Notes: generated by a model not told the origin, from the sequence alone. Positions 49,481 through 62,313 are shown, counted from the whole stretch's first letter. The stretch: DNA of 63,033 nt, filler included, from Octopus bimaculoides (GCF_001194135.2; 7 parts of 7 records of this genome joined end to end with filler, not necessarily neighbours in it); one strand, 5' to 3'. Made by a program: numbers and translations.

Positions 49481-51308
49481 ATTCAAAGATGCTAGAGGAA
49501 ACAAGATCTCTATGTGTGTATGTGACCTGCAGTGAAAACGGCTTTTTACAGGTTGAACATGTCACAAACATATTTGAACTTATCTAAATGTTTAATTTAC
49601 AAAACTGCTTTTACGATCCAACTACACGCACACATGTACATACATACATACATTATACACAGACATTATATATATAAGTTGGCATTTTACAGAGTTGGCA
49701 TTTTACAGAAAATAAAGGAAATCTCAAACACAGGATAGCTGTGAAACCGGCTTAGAAGATGGGTAAAAGTGGCCAGCAAGTCGCTACTGAGAATCGAATA
49801 AGCGCTCTTTACCATTAAGCCAAGATACCCCAGAGAAAATAGAGGAAAAAATCGGATAAAAAAAGAAGAGAAGTTTACACGGTATAAACTGGCAAAGAAG
49901 AGACATGCATAGCATACAAAGGTACAAAAAAAAATTAATAAGGTTAGTCAGAAGAAATTGTTCTATAGTTTATTATAATCCAAGTAGAGAAAATCTCCAA
50001 ATTTCCAAGGAAATAGAATGGAATGAAAAGATGTTAAACGAAATAGAATAAACTATTTACTTTATTACATTTAAGAATTTGTCAAGCATTCAGTTCTTAA
50101 GAATGCTTCTAACTTTACTCAAGAGGCACAAGCGTTCTCAAGGGCTAGACGGAAATTTTCACATACATTTACGTGGATATATAATATTAAGTAGATAAAT
50201 ATTTGCGAAGCCAGTGGTGAAGGCGCATCAAACTGGCAACACCTGTTTGATTTACAGGTTAATCCAAAAGTTGGCGTTGACAAAACTTAGACTGATAACG
50301 GACAGTCAAGAAGTGACAGCAACGATAATGGAAAGGAAGAAAGAAAAACGATTCACAGCACAGTCATAGCTGCGTGGTTAAGAAGTTTGCTTCTATATCA
50401 CGTGGTTTGATCCAGTGCACGGCATCTTGGACAAGTGTCGCCCTCTCTCCCCACAATGCACCGCGTTGTCCTTATGAGTGGAATTCTTCCCACTACCTTT
50501 GTTTTACAAGCGTCGGAACTCATGAATTTCTATACCAAACACAGAAAATTCATGATTTTCTTGAGAATAATACGAAAATAGCTTCCTGTTGCCTTATACC
50601 CGTCTATTCACATTCAAGCCATCTGCTCCCTCGGGCTTACTCTAAAGGCGCAGGGCCTGATACTTGTGACACCAGGGCCTATGTGACATGTTAAGGGGTC
50701 AGCCCCCTTCTGTGTGTACAGGACCATCTTCTGCTAGTTGACCCATAACTGGGACTCCTTAACAGACAACTACCTTGGCCAGAACGGATCCGGGAGTACT
50801 AGTAACCAAAGGATAACTTCAATCTTTCCTAAACTCCTGGAGTCTCACAACCAGATGTTATTTCATGGTTTATTCGGTGAAATTTACTAGACAGAAACAA
50901 CGCAGGAACCAGTGTTCAGCACATAGCAGCTAAATGTGTCTAAAACCACACTGAACTGTCACATTAGGGGAATGAAACATTGGATAATATAATCGGAGAT
51001 ACTGTTTAAGTAGGGAGTTGAGATAGCCACAATCGGAAAGCCTTCAACCCTATGTCTGCGTCACCAGTAAGTTCAAAAGTGGCGAGGCAAACGAGGGAAT
51101 TTTTCGGGGTCGGTCGATCTGCAAGAAATAGCAACCAAAACTACTTTAAATCAAGCTTTGTAGCCTTTCAAGAAGAAAGGGGGATTGGATATTGTAAACC
51201 TAGGTACACTATGTCTAGAAAAAGATGTGATGGCTACGACTGGAATATCTTTCATCTCAAATACGCTTGATCAGCACAGCAACAAGAAATAACCAAATCT
51301 CTCTTTAA

Positions 51309-51597
51309 CCCATTACCTACCAGTGATCTCATATGAGATCACTTAAAAATTACAAATTTCGTAATTATTTGTCAATATTTACACATATCTAACCTTTTTG
51401 CTATATCTACTAGGTATATTTCTCTGATATTCAAATGAGGTTTGCTAATTTTTCACCCAATATCTCGCTTTATTTCTATTTAAAATGTTATTTTGATCAT
51501 TCCAGCGTGTTTCTAAGGTTGTTTTATGCTAGAAATCGAAGTTTCATTAAGAAAAAAAAAAAAAATTCCAATTAATAGAATTATGGGAGGTAATGGG
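51309..51597. mobile_element. piggyBac-type MITE (289 bp) with TTAA TSD
   Basis: TTAA(51305-51308) CCCATTACCT ... AGGTAATGGG TTAA(51598-51601). Confidence 0.8.
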
Positions 51598-52172
51598 TTA
51601 AAAATGTCCTGCTCTCTTTTAAAAGTGTGCGTTGGGTAATGTAACCTACTCTTTTATTAGTTTCAGCAATAGTACAGTAAAAAGCCTCAACGCTAGACAT
51701 AGTAGTTAAATTCCTTTAGACCACACCCAAAAAACTTGAAAAATTCAAAAAGCACAAAGGGCACATATAATGTAGTTTTAGATAAACAATATGTCTATCA
51801 AAGGTATTCTATCCATGTTTTTTATACGTGCGTTTAATCAGGAATTACCAGGAAATTAATCAATAATTATGAAATATAGAGATTTCTGGAAAAACAACAA
51901 AATAGGAAGTTAGATGCACAAAGTCAATTGACGTTTATATGCAAGTATGTGAATAAACGTGTTTGTGTGAGAGAGGAGGGTGGAAGCAAGGAGAATGAAG
52001 TGAAATTGTTTGCATTTATGGCGAAAGGACAATGAAAAAAGGAAGTCTTCACCAAGAAGAGAATTTGCTTCAGTTGGAGTGAAAAGGTTTTATTGTACTT
52101 TCACAAGCCAAGTACGAAAAGAAGAAAAAAAACTACTTTGAAGTAAGACAAATTATTTAACTTTAACAGCAG

Positions 52173-52231
52173 GTGCTTCAGCTGCTACGAAGAGCAACCA
52201 AATTTTCCTCATTGTACAACAACCAACTGTG
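52173..52231 (+). CDS. Candidate small exon, Cys-rich (R-CFSCYEEQPNFPHCTTTNC-G); product unknown, possibly Ly6/three-finger-like
   Basis: Acceptor ttatttaactttaacagcag| (NAGNAG) and donor tg|gtaaga at 52232. All three frames are open; one gives C-x2-C-x9-C-x4-C. Confidence 0.35.
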
Positions 52232-52242
52232 GTAAGAAAGCA

Positions 52243-52275
<33 letters not shown>

Positions 52276-52454
52276 TAATGCAGTCTTCTATACACTATTT
52301 TTTTTTCTTGAGAGGTGGGAGACAATGCAGTCACAGTCTGAATGTCTTTAGCCATAGGTCTTCAATGATGAGGCTTAATAAGACTAAAATATGTACAGAG
52401 GTGTCTCCCCTTCTTTGCTGAAATTATTTGTATCTTTTTTCTTTCATATAGGGG

Positions 52455-52785
52455 AAACGCCTTGAATCTACCTCAGTACGTTTTAAATCTGGTACTTATT
52501 CTATTAGCCTCTTTTGCCGAACCACTAAGTTACGGGAACGTAAACACACCAACACCAACTGTCAAGTGTTGCAGTGGGGACAAACAAACCCGAAGACAGA
52601 CAGCAGACAGACTGACACACACACGACGGGTTTTTTTCAGCTTTCGTCTCCCAACTCCGCTCATAAGGCATTGGTTGATCCGAAGTTATATCAGAAAACA
52701 GTTGCCGAAGGTGCCACGCAGCGGGACTGAACGCAGAACTATGTGGTTGGGAAGCAAACTCTTACCACACCGCTAGGCCTGCGCC
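52455..52785 (-). mobile_element. SINE family A, diverged full length
   Basis: TGCCGAACCACTAAGTTACGGG ... GCGGGACTGAACGCAGAACTATGTGG; lies between the two candidate Cys-rich exons. Confidence 0.8.
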
Positions 52786-52878
52786 TTATACTTGTATGAA
52801 TAGTAGCTTAACACTTCAATGCAACTAAACCAATTGCCTGTAAGATAAGGATTTTACTAGAAACTCGTTTATTTACAG

Positions 52879-53000
52879 GCTACTGCCGAACAGAGCACGA
52901 AACGGAATTCATCACCGAAGCTCTACACAATGAGAAGAATGGTCAGCGCAGCAATATAAGAATTATGGTTAGCAAAGTATTCCAGGTTTTAAATTATTAG
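52879..53000 (+). CDS. Candidate exon continuing the Cys-rich frame (G-YCRTEHETEFITEALHNEKNGQRSNIRIMVSKVFQVLNY*)
   Basis: Acceptor tcgtttatttacag|g and consensus donor ag|gtaagt at 53001. Phase-compatible with 52173-52231. The Cys frame ends in TAG exactly at the exon end; the other frames stop earlier. Confidence 0.3.
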
Positions 53001-53720
53001 GTAAGTTAAAAAAGAAGACTTTTTTTTTATTTCCTTTTATTCAATTCCGAATTTGTTGTTAAATATTGTCTGTGAGATTAAGAAATTCGCTTTGCAACCA
53101 CGTGGAACCTTGAGCAAGTGCCTTCTACTATAGCCCTAGGCCGATCAAAGCCTTGTAAGTGGATTTGGCAGACGAAAACTATATATATGTAAGGGACGAC
53201 CGTGCGAACTCATAAAAGGAGAAATGGTGACGAATGGAAAAACAGAGGACTCCTTTTATTTAAACGCGTCACACGGTCGAACATACAAATATATATCGAT
53301 GATGATATACATGATATGTTATGCGACGATAACATAGATGACCAGTAATGAAAGACCACAACCGTATTAGATGAATAACAGAGATATTTATTGTAGCGTT
53401 AAAGATGTATGTCTGTGTGAGAGTGTGAATGCGACATATAAGAACATAATCAAAGACAGGCCGTCATACAAAGAAAAGTGTGTATGTGAGTGATACATGT
53501 GTGTATGAGTGTTTACAGCAGATAGAAAGAGAGTCAATAACCCGTGAGCAATTATNNNNNNNNNNNNNNNNNNNNNNNNNNNNNNNNNNNNNNNNNNNNT
53601 TAATTAATTAANNNNNNNNNNNNNNNNNNNNNNNNNNNNNNNNNNNNNNNNNNNNTTACACAGAAATATATATATGTATGTATATATGTATGTACGTATG
53701 TGTGTAGAGAGAGAGGAGAA

Positions 53721-53759
<39 letters not shown>

Positions 53760-53762
53760 AAC

Positions 53763-53796
<34 letters not shown>

Positions 53797-54567
53797 GGAG
53801 AGAGTGAAAGAGGAACTTACATTTTAAATGCTCCAGGGCCCGCCCTATGTGAATTTCCTGGCCCAAACATATGCACACATCGACATGTACATATGGCATG
53901 CATGAACATAAGAGTGAAGCACAAGCATTTCTATACTAAAGTGAAAATTATGTGAAGCACAGACACTTTCAAACTTAAGTAAATCCACCACACAATACAA
54001 GTTATCCATAAGCGTTAACCTGTGTATACGTACACACATTAACCGATTCAGATGACCGCAAACCCACCCAACACTTGTCTTAACTGAAGCAAAAGAACTT
54101 TGCCACTTGACTAGCTTGAATTCTTTAAATGAAAAAAAAAACATTTTTTATAGCCACTTTAATGTGGTTGCCCTTTAAGAGATGGCGGTATTGCCATTTT
54201 ACCCCAGGAAGACATCTCCTCCAGTTTATTCAGTGCACTTTTCGCACTCGATATTTATTGCAAATGGGGGATAACTCTGCCACCTTAGCTCTGAGACCAC
54301 CAGATCACGTAGTTTCCTAGGGTTAAATGAGAGTGTCATCGTCTTTTAGAGGACAGCCATATTAAAGTGACCATAGACAATACTTTTTGGGTTCGTATAC
54401 TGCTTCCATCTCGAACAGAGATTTTGTAACGGACTAGTTTCCTAAAAAAAACTTCAACAAATCCTAAAGAAAACACACACACACATACACACATACATAT
54501 TAATATATACATGCATACATACATACATACATACATGCATACATACATACATGCATACATACATACA

Positions 54568-54601
<34 letters not shown>

Positions 54602-56511
54602 ATACACNNNNNNNNNNNNNNNNNNNNNNNNNNNNNNNNNNNNNNNNNNNNNNNNNNNNNNNNNNNNNNNNNNNNNNNNNNNNNNNNNNNNNNNNNNNNN
54701 NNNNNNNNNNNNNNNNNNNNNNNNNNNNNNNNNNNNNNNNNNNNNNNNNNNNNNNNNNNNNNNNNNNNNNNNNNNNNNNNNNNNNNNNNNNNNNNNNNNN
54801 NNNNNNNNNNNNNNNNNNNNNNNNNNNNNNNNNNNNNNNNNNNNNNNNNNNNNNNNNNNNNNNNNNNNNNNNNNNNNNNNNNNNNNNNNNNNNNNNNNNN
54901 NNNNNNNNNNNNNNNNNNNNNNNNNNNNNNNNNNNNNNNNNNNNNNNNNNNNNNNNNNNNNNNNNNNNNNNNNNNNNNNNNNNNNNNNNNNNNNNNNNNN
55001 NNNNNNNNNNNNNNNNNNNNNNNNNNNNNNNNNNNNNNNNNNNNNNNNNNNNNNNNNNNNNNNNNNNNNNNNNNNNNNNNNNNNNNNNNNNNNNNNNNNN
55101 NNNNNNNNNNNNNNNNNNNNNNNNNNNNNNNNNNNNNNNNNNNNNNNNNNNNNNNNNNNNNNNNNNNNNNNNNNNNNNNNNNNNNNNNNNNNNNNNNNNN
55201 NNNNNNNNNNNNNNNNNNNNNNNNNNNNNNNNNNNNNNNNNNNNNNNNNNNNNNNNNNNNNNNNNNNNNNNNNNNNNNNNNNNNNNNNNNNNNNNNNNNN
55301 NNNNNNNNNNNNNNNNNNNNNNNNNNNNNNNNNNNCCACACATTCATATAAACACTCTAAATCATATACTATATGTGTAAGTATGTATGTATACAAGTAT
55401 ATGTTATTTATCTGTGTGTGTGTATGTGCGTGTGTGCGTGTGTGCGTGTGCCTGAGTGTTTGAGCGTGTATCCGTTGCTTGTGTGTGTGCTTGTCTGTTT
55501 GTGTGTGTGTGTGTGCTTGTGTGTATGTTTGCTTGTGTGTGTGTGTGTTTGCTTGTGTGTATGTTTGCTTGTGTGTGCGTGTGTGTGTGTGTGTGTGTTT
55601 GTGATTGTGTGCCTCTGTGAATGTGAGTGTGTGTGTGTGCGTGTGTGCGTGTATGTGCCTGAGTGTACGTGTGTCCATGCGCGCATATATGTGAGTGTTT
55701 AACTGCTGAAGTTTTTTTGTTTTGTTTTTTTGGTTTTGTTTTGTTTTGTCTCTTCCTGTTGGTGAAGTTGGTCAAGGCATGTGCAGAACATTTCCTGCCT
55801 GATACAATGGTATCACAGCCACTGGTCAAAGCCGAGACTGCAACGCCACGCTTCGTTAAGTTTGTGTGCTGTTGAGGCAGTTTTAATGTAATGTTTATGT
55901 GTCTTGATAGAGGCAGTTGTGGGACCTGCTTGAAAGGAAAGCCATATAATTAAATGCGTGTTAATTTGCCTTTCGTTGGCACTGATCTCATTTACGCCAC
56001 ATACGTTCGGAACTAAACAGAAGAACAGAACAAAATTGGTCTGATTCCAGAGTCCCCTATATACATAAATACATACCAAATGATACGAGCTTATATTCAC
56101 TGAAGCATGCTCGTATAATCACACACTTACGCACGTGCGTACTAATGCAAAACTCTTTACATGGTTGCACTGCCTGTTAGAAATAGCAGCCAGATCTCCC
56201 TCAATTCAGACACGGCTTAGTTTGATTTTAGGGAATTTTGGCTGCCTTTATCTATAGATCTATCCTTTCAATACCGATTGATTATATAGGTCTACCTCTG
56301 ATTAGATATAAAAATAAAGGACGGTGTAGTCACGGATGGAGTGTCATTGATCATAGGTGTACTCATTCACCGATGACAAGGGTTAAATAGCAACATCTTA
56401 TAAATAAATACACCAATACATGAATTCATACTAGTAACATAAAGATTTTTCTAACGTGTTTCCCAGAATATCTGTGTTGTTATTTCTCAGTATATCCACG
56501 TTCTGGAAAGT

Positions 56512-56887
56512 GGAGTCGCAATGGCCCAGTGGTTAGGGCAGCGGACTCCCGATTATAGGATCGCGGTTTCGATTCCCAGATCAGACGTTGTGAGTGTTTA
56601 TTGAGTGAAAACACCTAAAGCTCCACGAGGCTCCGACAGGGGATGGTGGCGAACCCTGCTGTACTCAATCACCACGACTTACTCTTACTTTTTGTTTCCG
56701 TTGTGCCTGTAATTCGAAGGGTCAGCCTTGTCACACTGCGTCACGCTGAATATCCTCGAGAACTACGTTAAGGGTACACGTGTCTGTGGAGTGCTCAGCC
56801 ACTTGCACGTTAATTTCACGAGCAGGCTGTTCCGTTGATCGGATCAACTGGAACCCTCGACGTTGTAAGCGACGGAGTGCCAACAAC
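56512..56887 (+). mobile_element. SINE family B, full length
   Basis: Highly similar by eye to 2573-2954; ATCCACGTTCT occurs on both sides (56494-56504, 56888-56898). Confidence 0.93.
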
Positions 56888-57789
56888 ATCCACGTTCTTG
56901 TGCCTTCATAACACCTATTCTTTCCTTCTCTTTTTCTTCTTCATTTTATTCATCTTCTTACCGTCTTCTCCCCCCCTCTTCCTTCTTCACTTTTTCCTCT
57001 TCATCTTTGACTCCACTTTAACTCCACACTTATGGATTTGCAATGTGTCCTTTTTTTTTTGTCTTATATGCCTTGGACCCTCGTTCAAAGAAAAGCAATC
57101 ATCATCAGCTGCATCATCATCAGCAGCATCATTACTAACATAGCTTCCCCCACTCGCCCCTTCTTCGCATGCTGGTGCTCGATCTACTACGACGGAAGTT
57201 ATAGGTTTCGAGGGACATCCTGCAGTGAGAGGGCTGTGTCAGCTTCTTGACAGTGAGCAGGGGTTGCCACCGTTTGTCAAACTCTTCCATAACTCGTCTC
57301 TTTGACAGGACTGCAGTCTCGAATCAAGCAGAGACCGTGACAAGGTACCTGAAACCTAAAGTGCCGTCAGGCTCTTACGCCTGCCAGTCGGGCAATGCAA
57401 TCGGTAGAAGTTCAATCATGATGTTCTACAGGAGATTAATGACGTGCAAGAGCCACGATGCCTTCGGTGGCTGATGAACTGCCTGGTCTGTTCCGGAATA
57501 CTTTCGGTTCAGGGCCTAAGGACGATTTCCAGGAATCTCTAGTCTAGCAGTGCTGCTAGGGGAGTCCGTGCTGTTCGGAATGGACTCTACAAATACGATA
57601 ATGCTGTCAGCCAGATCTTCTCCGGATACGTGCTGAGCATAGGAACCGTCCTACAAGTGCTTATAAAGTATCCAAGCATTGCTGATTTATAGAGTTATGT
57701 TGAATAGCTGCTATTGCTTACACCGACCTCGTTGTGAAGATCTCCCCACTACCTAATTTTGACTGGAAGTGCAGACAGTTTTCCTTTGC

Positions 57790-57993
57790 TTGGTGGCTAT
57801 GACAAAGAAAGCTGTGTGATGGACGGGGCTGAAACCTGAAACGACTGGAGACATACATCCTTCTTCAGCCAAGCCCTCATTGTTTTGTTTGTTTTTTTTT
57901 AAGGATCATTTAAAAAGGGAGGTACAAACTCTCTGGTAAATGTGTCGAGAGACGGGGGAATATGGCGAGGGTGGTCCGGGTGAATGGACCTAC
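57790..57993 (+). mobile_element. Degenerate L1/Tx1-like LINE C-terminal fragment
   Basis: LVAMTKKAV*WT...FFKDHLKREVQTLSGKCVERRGNMARVVRVNGPTLR* resembles Tx1-type ORF2 ends. GC-richer sequence at 57140-57790 is probably also retroelement-derived but is unassigned. Confidence 0.4.
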
Positions 57994-58343
57994 TTTACGT
58001 TGATGCTTGCCGGACAGGGAGAATGGATGGAAGTGGGGCGCCTGCCAGTGTTGCTTTGGCGGTCGGAGCAATTCAGCATCTGTGAAGTCCCTTTGGCACC
58101 TCTGAGTACTACTGCCCGCTATTAGGGAATTTTGTTATAATTTTCTTGGTGATTGTAATAGTTTTTATTGTTTATAAGTGTTTAAGAAAATTTCCCGCTG
58201 CCCTTAGCTTTATTATTATCCTAAATGATTTTGCAACCCTTGTGGTCAATGTATATATGTACGTAGGTATGTATTACTACTACTACTATTACTACTACCA
58301 CCACCACTACCACCACCACCCCCACTACTACTACTACTGCTAT

Positions 58344-58564
58344 GGCAGCGAGGTGGCAGAATTGTTAGCACACCGGACAAAATTCTTTGCGGCATTTCGA
58401 CCTCGGTGGAATTTGAACTCAGAACGTAATTTTGAGTTCAAATTCTGCCGAGGTCGACTTTACCTTTCATCCTTTCGGAATCGATGATATAAGCACTGGG
58501 GGTCGATGTGATCGACTAGTTCCCTTCCCACAAAATTTCTAGCCTTGTGCCAATAGTGGAAAAG

Positions 58565-58623
<59 letters not shown>

Positions 58624-58639
58624 AACTACCACCACCACC

Positions 58640-58670
<31 letters not shown>

Positions 58671-58892
58671 AGGCAGCTTGGTGGCAGAATTGTTAGCATG
58701 CCGGACAAAATGTCTAGCGACATTTCGCCCTTCTTTACGTTCTGAGTTCAAATTCTGCCGAGGTCGACTTTGGCTTTCATTCTTTCGGGCTGGATGAAAT
58801 AATTACCAGTTGAGCACTGGAGTCAATGTAATCAACTAGCTCCTTCCTGCAAGATTTCAGGCCTTGTACCTATAGCAGAAAGGGTTATTTTT
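58344..58892 (+). mobile_element. Two tandem SINE family C copies (58344-58566, 58672-58892) separated by (TAC/CAC)n
   Basis: Both begin GGCAGC..GGTGGCAGAATTGTTAGCA and contain GAGTTCAAATTCTGCCGAGGTCGACTTT. Confidence 0.9.
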
Positions 58893-59685
58893 GTGCTTCC
58901 ACTTCCGTTTTGTTATTTTTTCCCTTTGCTTCTTCCGCCTCTCTTTCATAATTTCTTCTTTTTATTCATATTCTTATTATTCTTGTCTTTCATTTCCACC
59001 TTATTTAACTTATTCTTCATCATTTCTACTTTTTCTCGTCTGCTGTCGTTCTCCTTCTTCAACGTAGTTTTCTTCTTCTTCATCTCTTTCATCTTTTTAC
59101 CTTCTCTTTCCTCCTTTCCTCCACTTCTTTCTCCTCTTCAGTATCTTCTTCACATTCTCCTCCTCCACCTCCTCTTCCTCATTTCTATGTACCTTTTCTT
59201 TCAACTTCACCTCCTCTTCCTTCTCCTTCTTGTTCTGTACCTTCTCCTTCTTCTTCTTCGGTCCTTTCTTCTCTTTCATCTTCTCCTACTTCATCTTCAT
59301 GCTACGTCTTCTACAACTACGTTTTTCAAATCACTCCACTCCAGCCATTCTTTGACGCTATTTTCCTCAGATGCATGCAGATACATACATATTTATTCAT
59401 TAACAGTGGTACATGTTCTCAGTTCATTACAGCGTTGCCAAGTGTCGTTCTCATCAATACATTTATAATTCAGCCATAACAAAAGTCATCCATGCATTCA
59501 TAGATAAATAAATAAATACCACTTGACAAACTCTAGTCTTCTTTTTGCAGTTCTATGTTTGCATTGTTGGTGATGGTCTTTTTTTTTTCTTTTTTAATAC
59601 TTCTTTTTTTTTAATATTCACTGCTTACGTATGCGAATATTCAATCCACATACATAAATATATATACATACATAGATATAAGTAT

Positions 59686-59716
<31 letters not shown>

Positions 59717-60190
59717 NNNNNNNNNNNNNNNNNNNNNNNNNNNNNNNNNNNNNNNNNNNNNNNNNNNNNNNNNNNNNNNNNNNNNNNNNNNNNNNNNNNN
59801 NNNNNNNNNNNNNNNNNNNNNNNNNNNNNNNNNNNNNNNNNNNNNNNNNNNNNNNNNNNNNNNNNNNNNNNNNNNNNNNNNNNNNNNNNNNNNNNNNNNN
59901 NNNNNNNNNNNNNNNNNNNNNNNNNNNNNNNNNNNNNNNNNNNNNNNNNNNNNNNNNNNNNNNNNNNNNNNNNNNNNNNNNNNNNNNNNNNNNNNNNNNN
60001 NNNNNNNNNNNNNNNNNNNNNNNNNNNNNNNNNNNNNNNNNNNNNNNNNNNNNNNNNNNNNNNNNNNNNNNNNNNNNNNNNNNNNNNNNNNNNNNNNNNN
60101 NNNNNNNNNNNNNNNNNNNNNNNNNNNNNNNNNNNNNNNNNNNNNNNNNNNNNNNNNNNNNNNNNNNNNNNNNNNNNNNNNNNNNNNNNN

Positions 60191-60235
<45 letters not shown>

Positions 60236-61069
60236 TGATTTTAATTTTATGTCTATCTACTTACTGATAGATAGATAGATAGATAGATAGATAGAAAGAT
60301 AGATAGATAGATAGATCGACAGAAATACTTATACACACATTGCAATATATATACGAATATAATCATACCGTACATAGCTATAAATGTGTACGTCCGCACT
60401 TGCGTGTGTAAATATGTATGTTTATATACATGTATGATATATGTATGATATATGTATGTATGGATGCATGGAAGTACGTTTGTCTCTCTGATAGCCTGTC
60501 TGTCTGTATATATGTATGTGTGTATGTATGCTTGCATGCACTTCGGACGCCATATATGAACACTGTAAAATGTAATTTATAATGAATACGTGTAATAGTG
60601 TGTATATTTGCATACGACGTGTAATTCTTGTGCAATTGTGCGTGTGCCAGCTATATGCTTTGACATGCATGCATAAATGAATGCATTTACATACTTGCAT
60701 AAGGAGGGGAAAATAGGAAGGAGATAAGTAAAACAAAAAAAATACCATAATAATTTCAAGATGGCTATCTATTTTTATAGCTAATTCTTTATATTGACTA
60801 AGACATCTGCCTGAAAATTCAGGACGGGGGTGGATGTATCTGTGCATCAGCGCGTCTGTGAATATATGTGGTTTAACGTACAACTCTTTGTTCCGTTGTT
60901 GATATACGTGCATTGCTATTTTGCTATTATGTATATGTACATATGCATATATACGTATATATATATATNNNNNNNNNNNNNNNNNNNNNNNNNNNNNNNN
61001 NNNNNNNNNNNNTTAATTAATTAANNNNNNNNNNNNNNNNNNNNNNNNNNNNNNNNNNNNNNNNNNNNA

Positions 61070-61563
61070 TCATGGAAATCCACCAGCCAAATGGTTTCCC
61101 TTCATGGCAAAATTAATAGTCGAGACTGTTTAAGAATTTTATCTGATCAAATTCCTCCTATGGTTGCAGAACTGTTTCTAGAGGGAAATGCAATCTTTCA
61201 AGATGATAATGCACCAATTCACACAGCTAAAGTTCTTACTGAATGGCACGAAGAACATTCTAGTGAAATTGAACATCTTATCTGGCTACCACAGTCCCCA
61301 GATCTTAAAATCATTGAACCTTTATGGTGATTTTAGAAAAACAAGTAAGGAGTCGATATTCTCCACCATCATCACTACAAAAACTGGAAACTGTTTTAGC
61401 TGAAGAATGGACAAAATTCCTTTGGAAACAATTCAAACTTTGTACAAGTCCATGTTTCATAGAATTCAAGCTGTAATTACTCCCAAAAGGCGGTCCTACA
61501 CATATTAAAATAAATTTGTTTGAAATTTTTTAGGTGTTTCCATTATTTTGTTAAACCCCTGTA
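61070..61563 (+). mobile_element. Tc1-family transposon 3' part with right TIR; pseudogenised transposase
   Basis: IFQDDNAPIHTAK and WLPQSPDLKIIEPLW (DD34E-type motifs), in-frame stop at 61328-61330, C-terminal LETVLAEEWTKIPLETIQTLY; ends ...TTAAACCCCTG followed by TA (61562-61563). The 5' part is lost in the gap. Confidence 0.88.
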
Positions 61564-61802
61564 TCTTATATTCCACCTTGACACTGACAGGCCGCTGGTA
61601 TTTATAGAATGTTAAACACTATCAGCATGCAAATTAGGGACTCCTTCATAGAGTAACTACTGCGTTTGTTGAGTACATAAGCAGTTTGGCTGCTTGTTTC
61701 TTTGTAGAGTGTCAGAAAATCGATTAAGGTTGTTCATAATTTTTATTCCAGTCTGTGGAGGAATGGTTAAAATTTGTTCTGTTTATAATTATAACATATG
61801 TT

Positions 61803-61845
<43 letters not shown>

Positions 61846-61846
61846 G

Positions 61847-61976
61847 TTATCTCTCATCAGATGGAGTACTTCTTTTGTTGATCTTACCATCACAGAACAA
61901 TACACTACATGTATATAGTGTAGTGTTCCTTCATGGTAAGATGAACAAAAGAAGTACTCCATCTGATGAGAGATAA
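61847..61976. repeat. 130-bp foldback inverted repeat (44-bp arms, 1 mismatch, pairing continues toward the centre)
   Basis: TTATCTCTCATCAGATGGAGTACTTCTTTTGTTGATCTTACCAT (61847-61890) versus ATGGTAAGATGAACAAAAGAAGTACTCCATCTGATGAGAGATAA (61933-61976). Confidence 0.9.
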
Positions 61977-62259
61977 ATATTACTTAATTTAACAAATATA
62001 TATATTTTATGTGCAACTATTAGTTTCATATGATGAGAACATGCTAGATAGTATTTATTAACATGTTTGGTATCACAGTACAATCATCAGGCACTGCCCA
62101 CATGGCATAGCAAACTAACAATTTTAGTATATATGGATATATTAGTACATATATATAGTAATGTGTACATATATACATATATTCTTCTATACATTTCAGC
62201 CCAAAGGTTGTGACCATGCTGAGGCACATGCACACACACACACACACACATGTATGCAT

Positions 62260-62313
<54 letters not shown>

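Noticed and set aside
55768-55875. LVKACAEHF...FVKFVCC* as a possible third exon completing the Ly6-like domain
   Set aside because: The acceptor is a weak GAAG, it needs a non-preferred upstream donor (52967), the seventh Cys and terminal CN are absent and a stop follows CC; too many assumptions.
58893-59468. 191-aa hydrophobic Phe/Leu/Ser-rich ORF
   Set aside because: Translation of a CT-rich low-complexity polypyrimidine tract, not a membrane protein.
60823-60935. TM5-like string QLFVPLLIYVHCYFAI (P...CY..I spacing) after ttcag|g
   Set aside because: No polypyrimidine tract, no convincing donor, grades into microsatellite, and TM4 would be skipped; probably chance, though worth a glance if the GPCR transcript is recovered.
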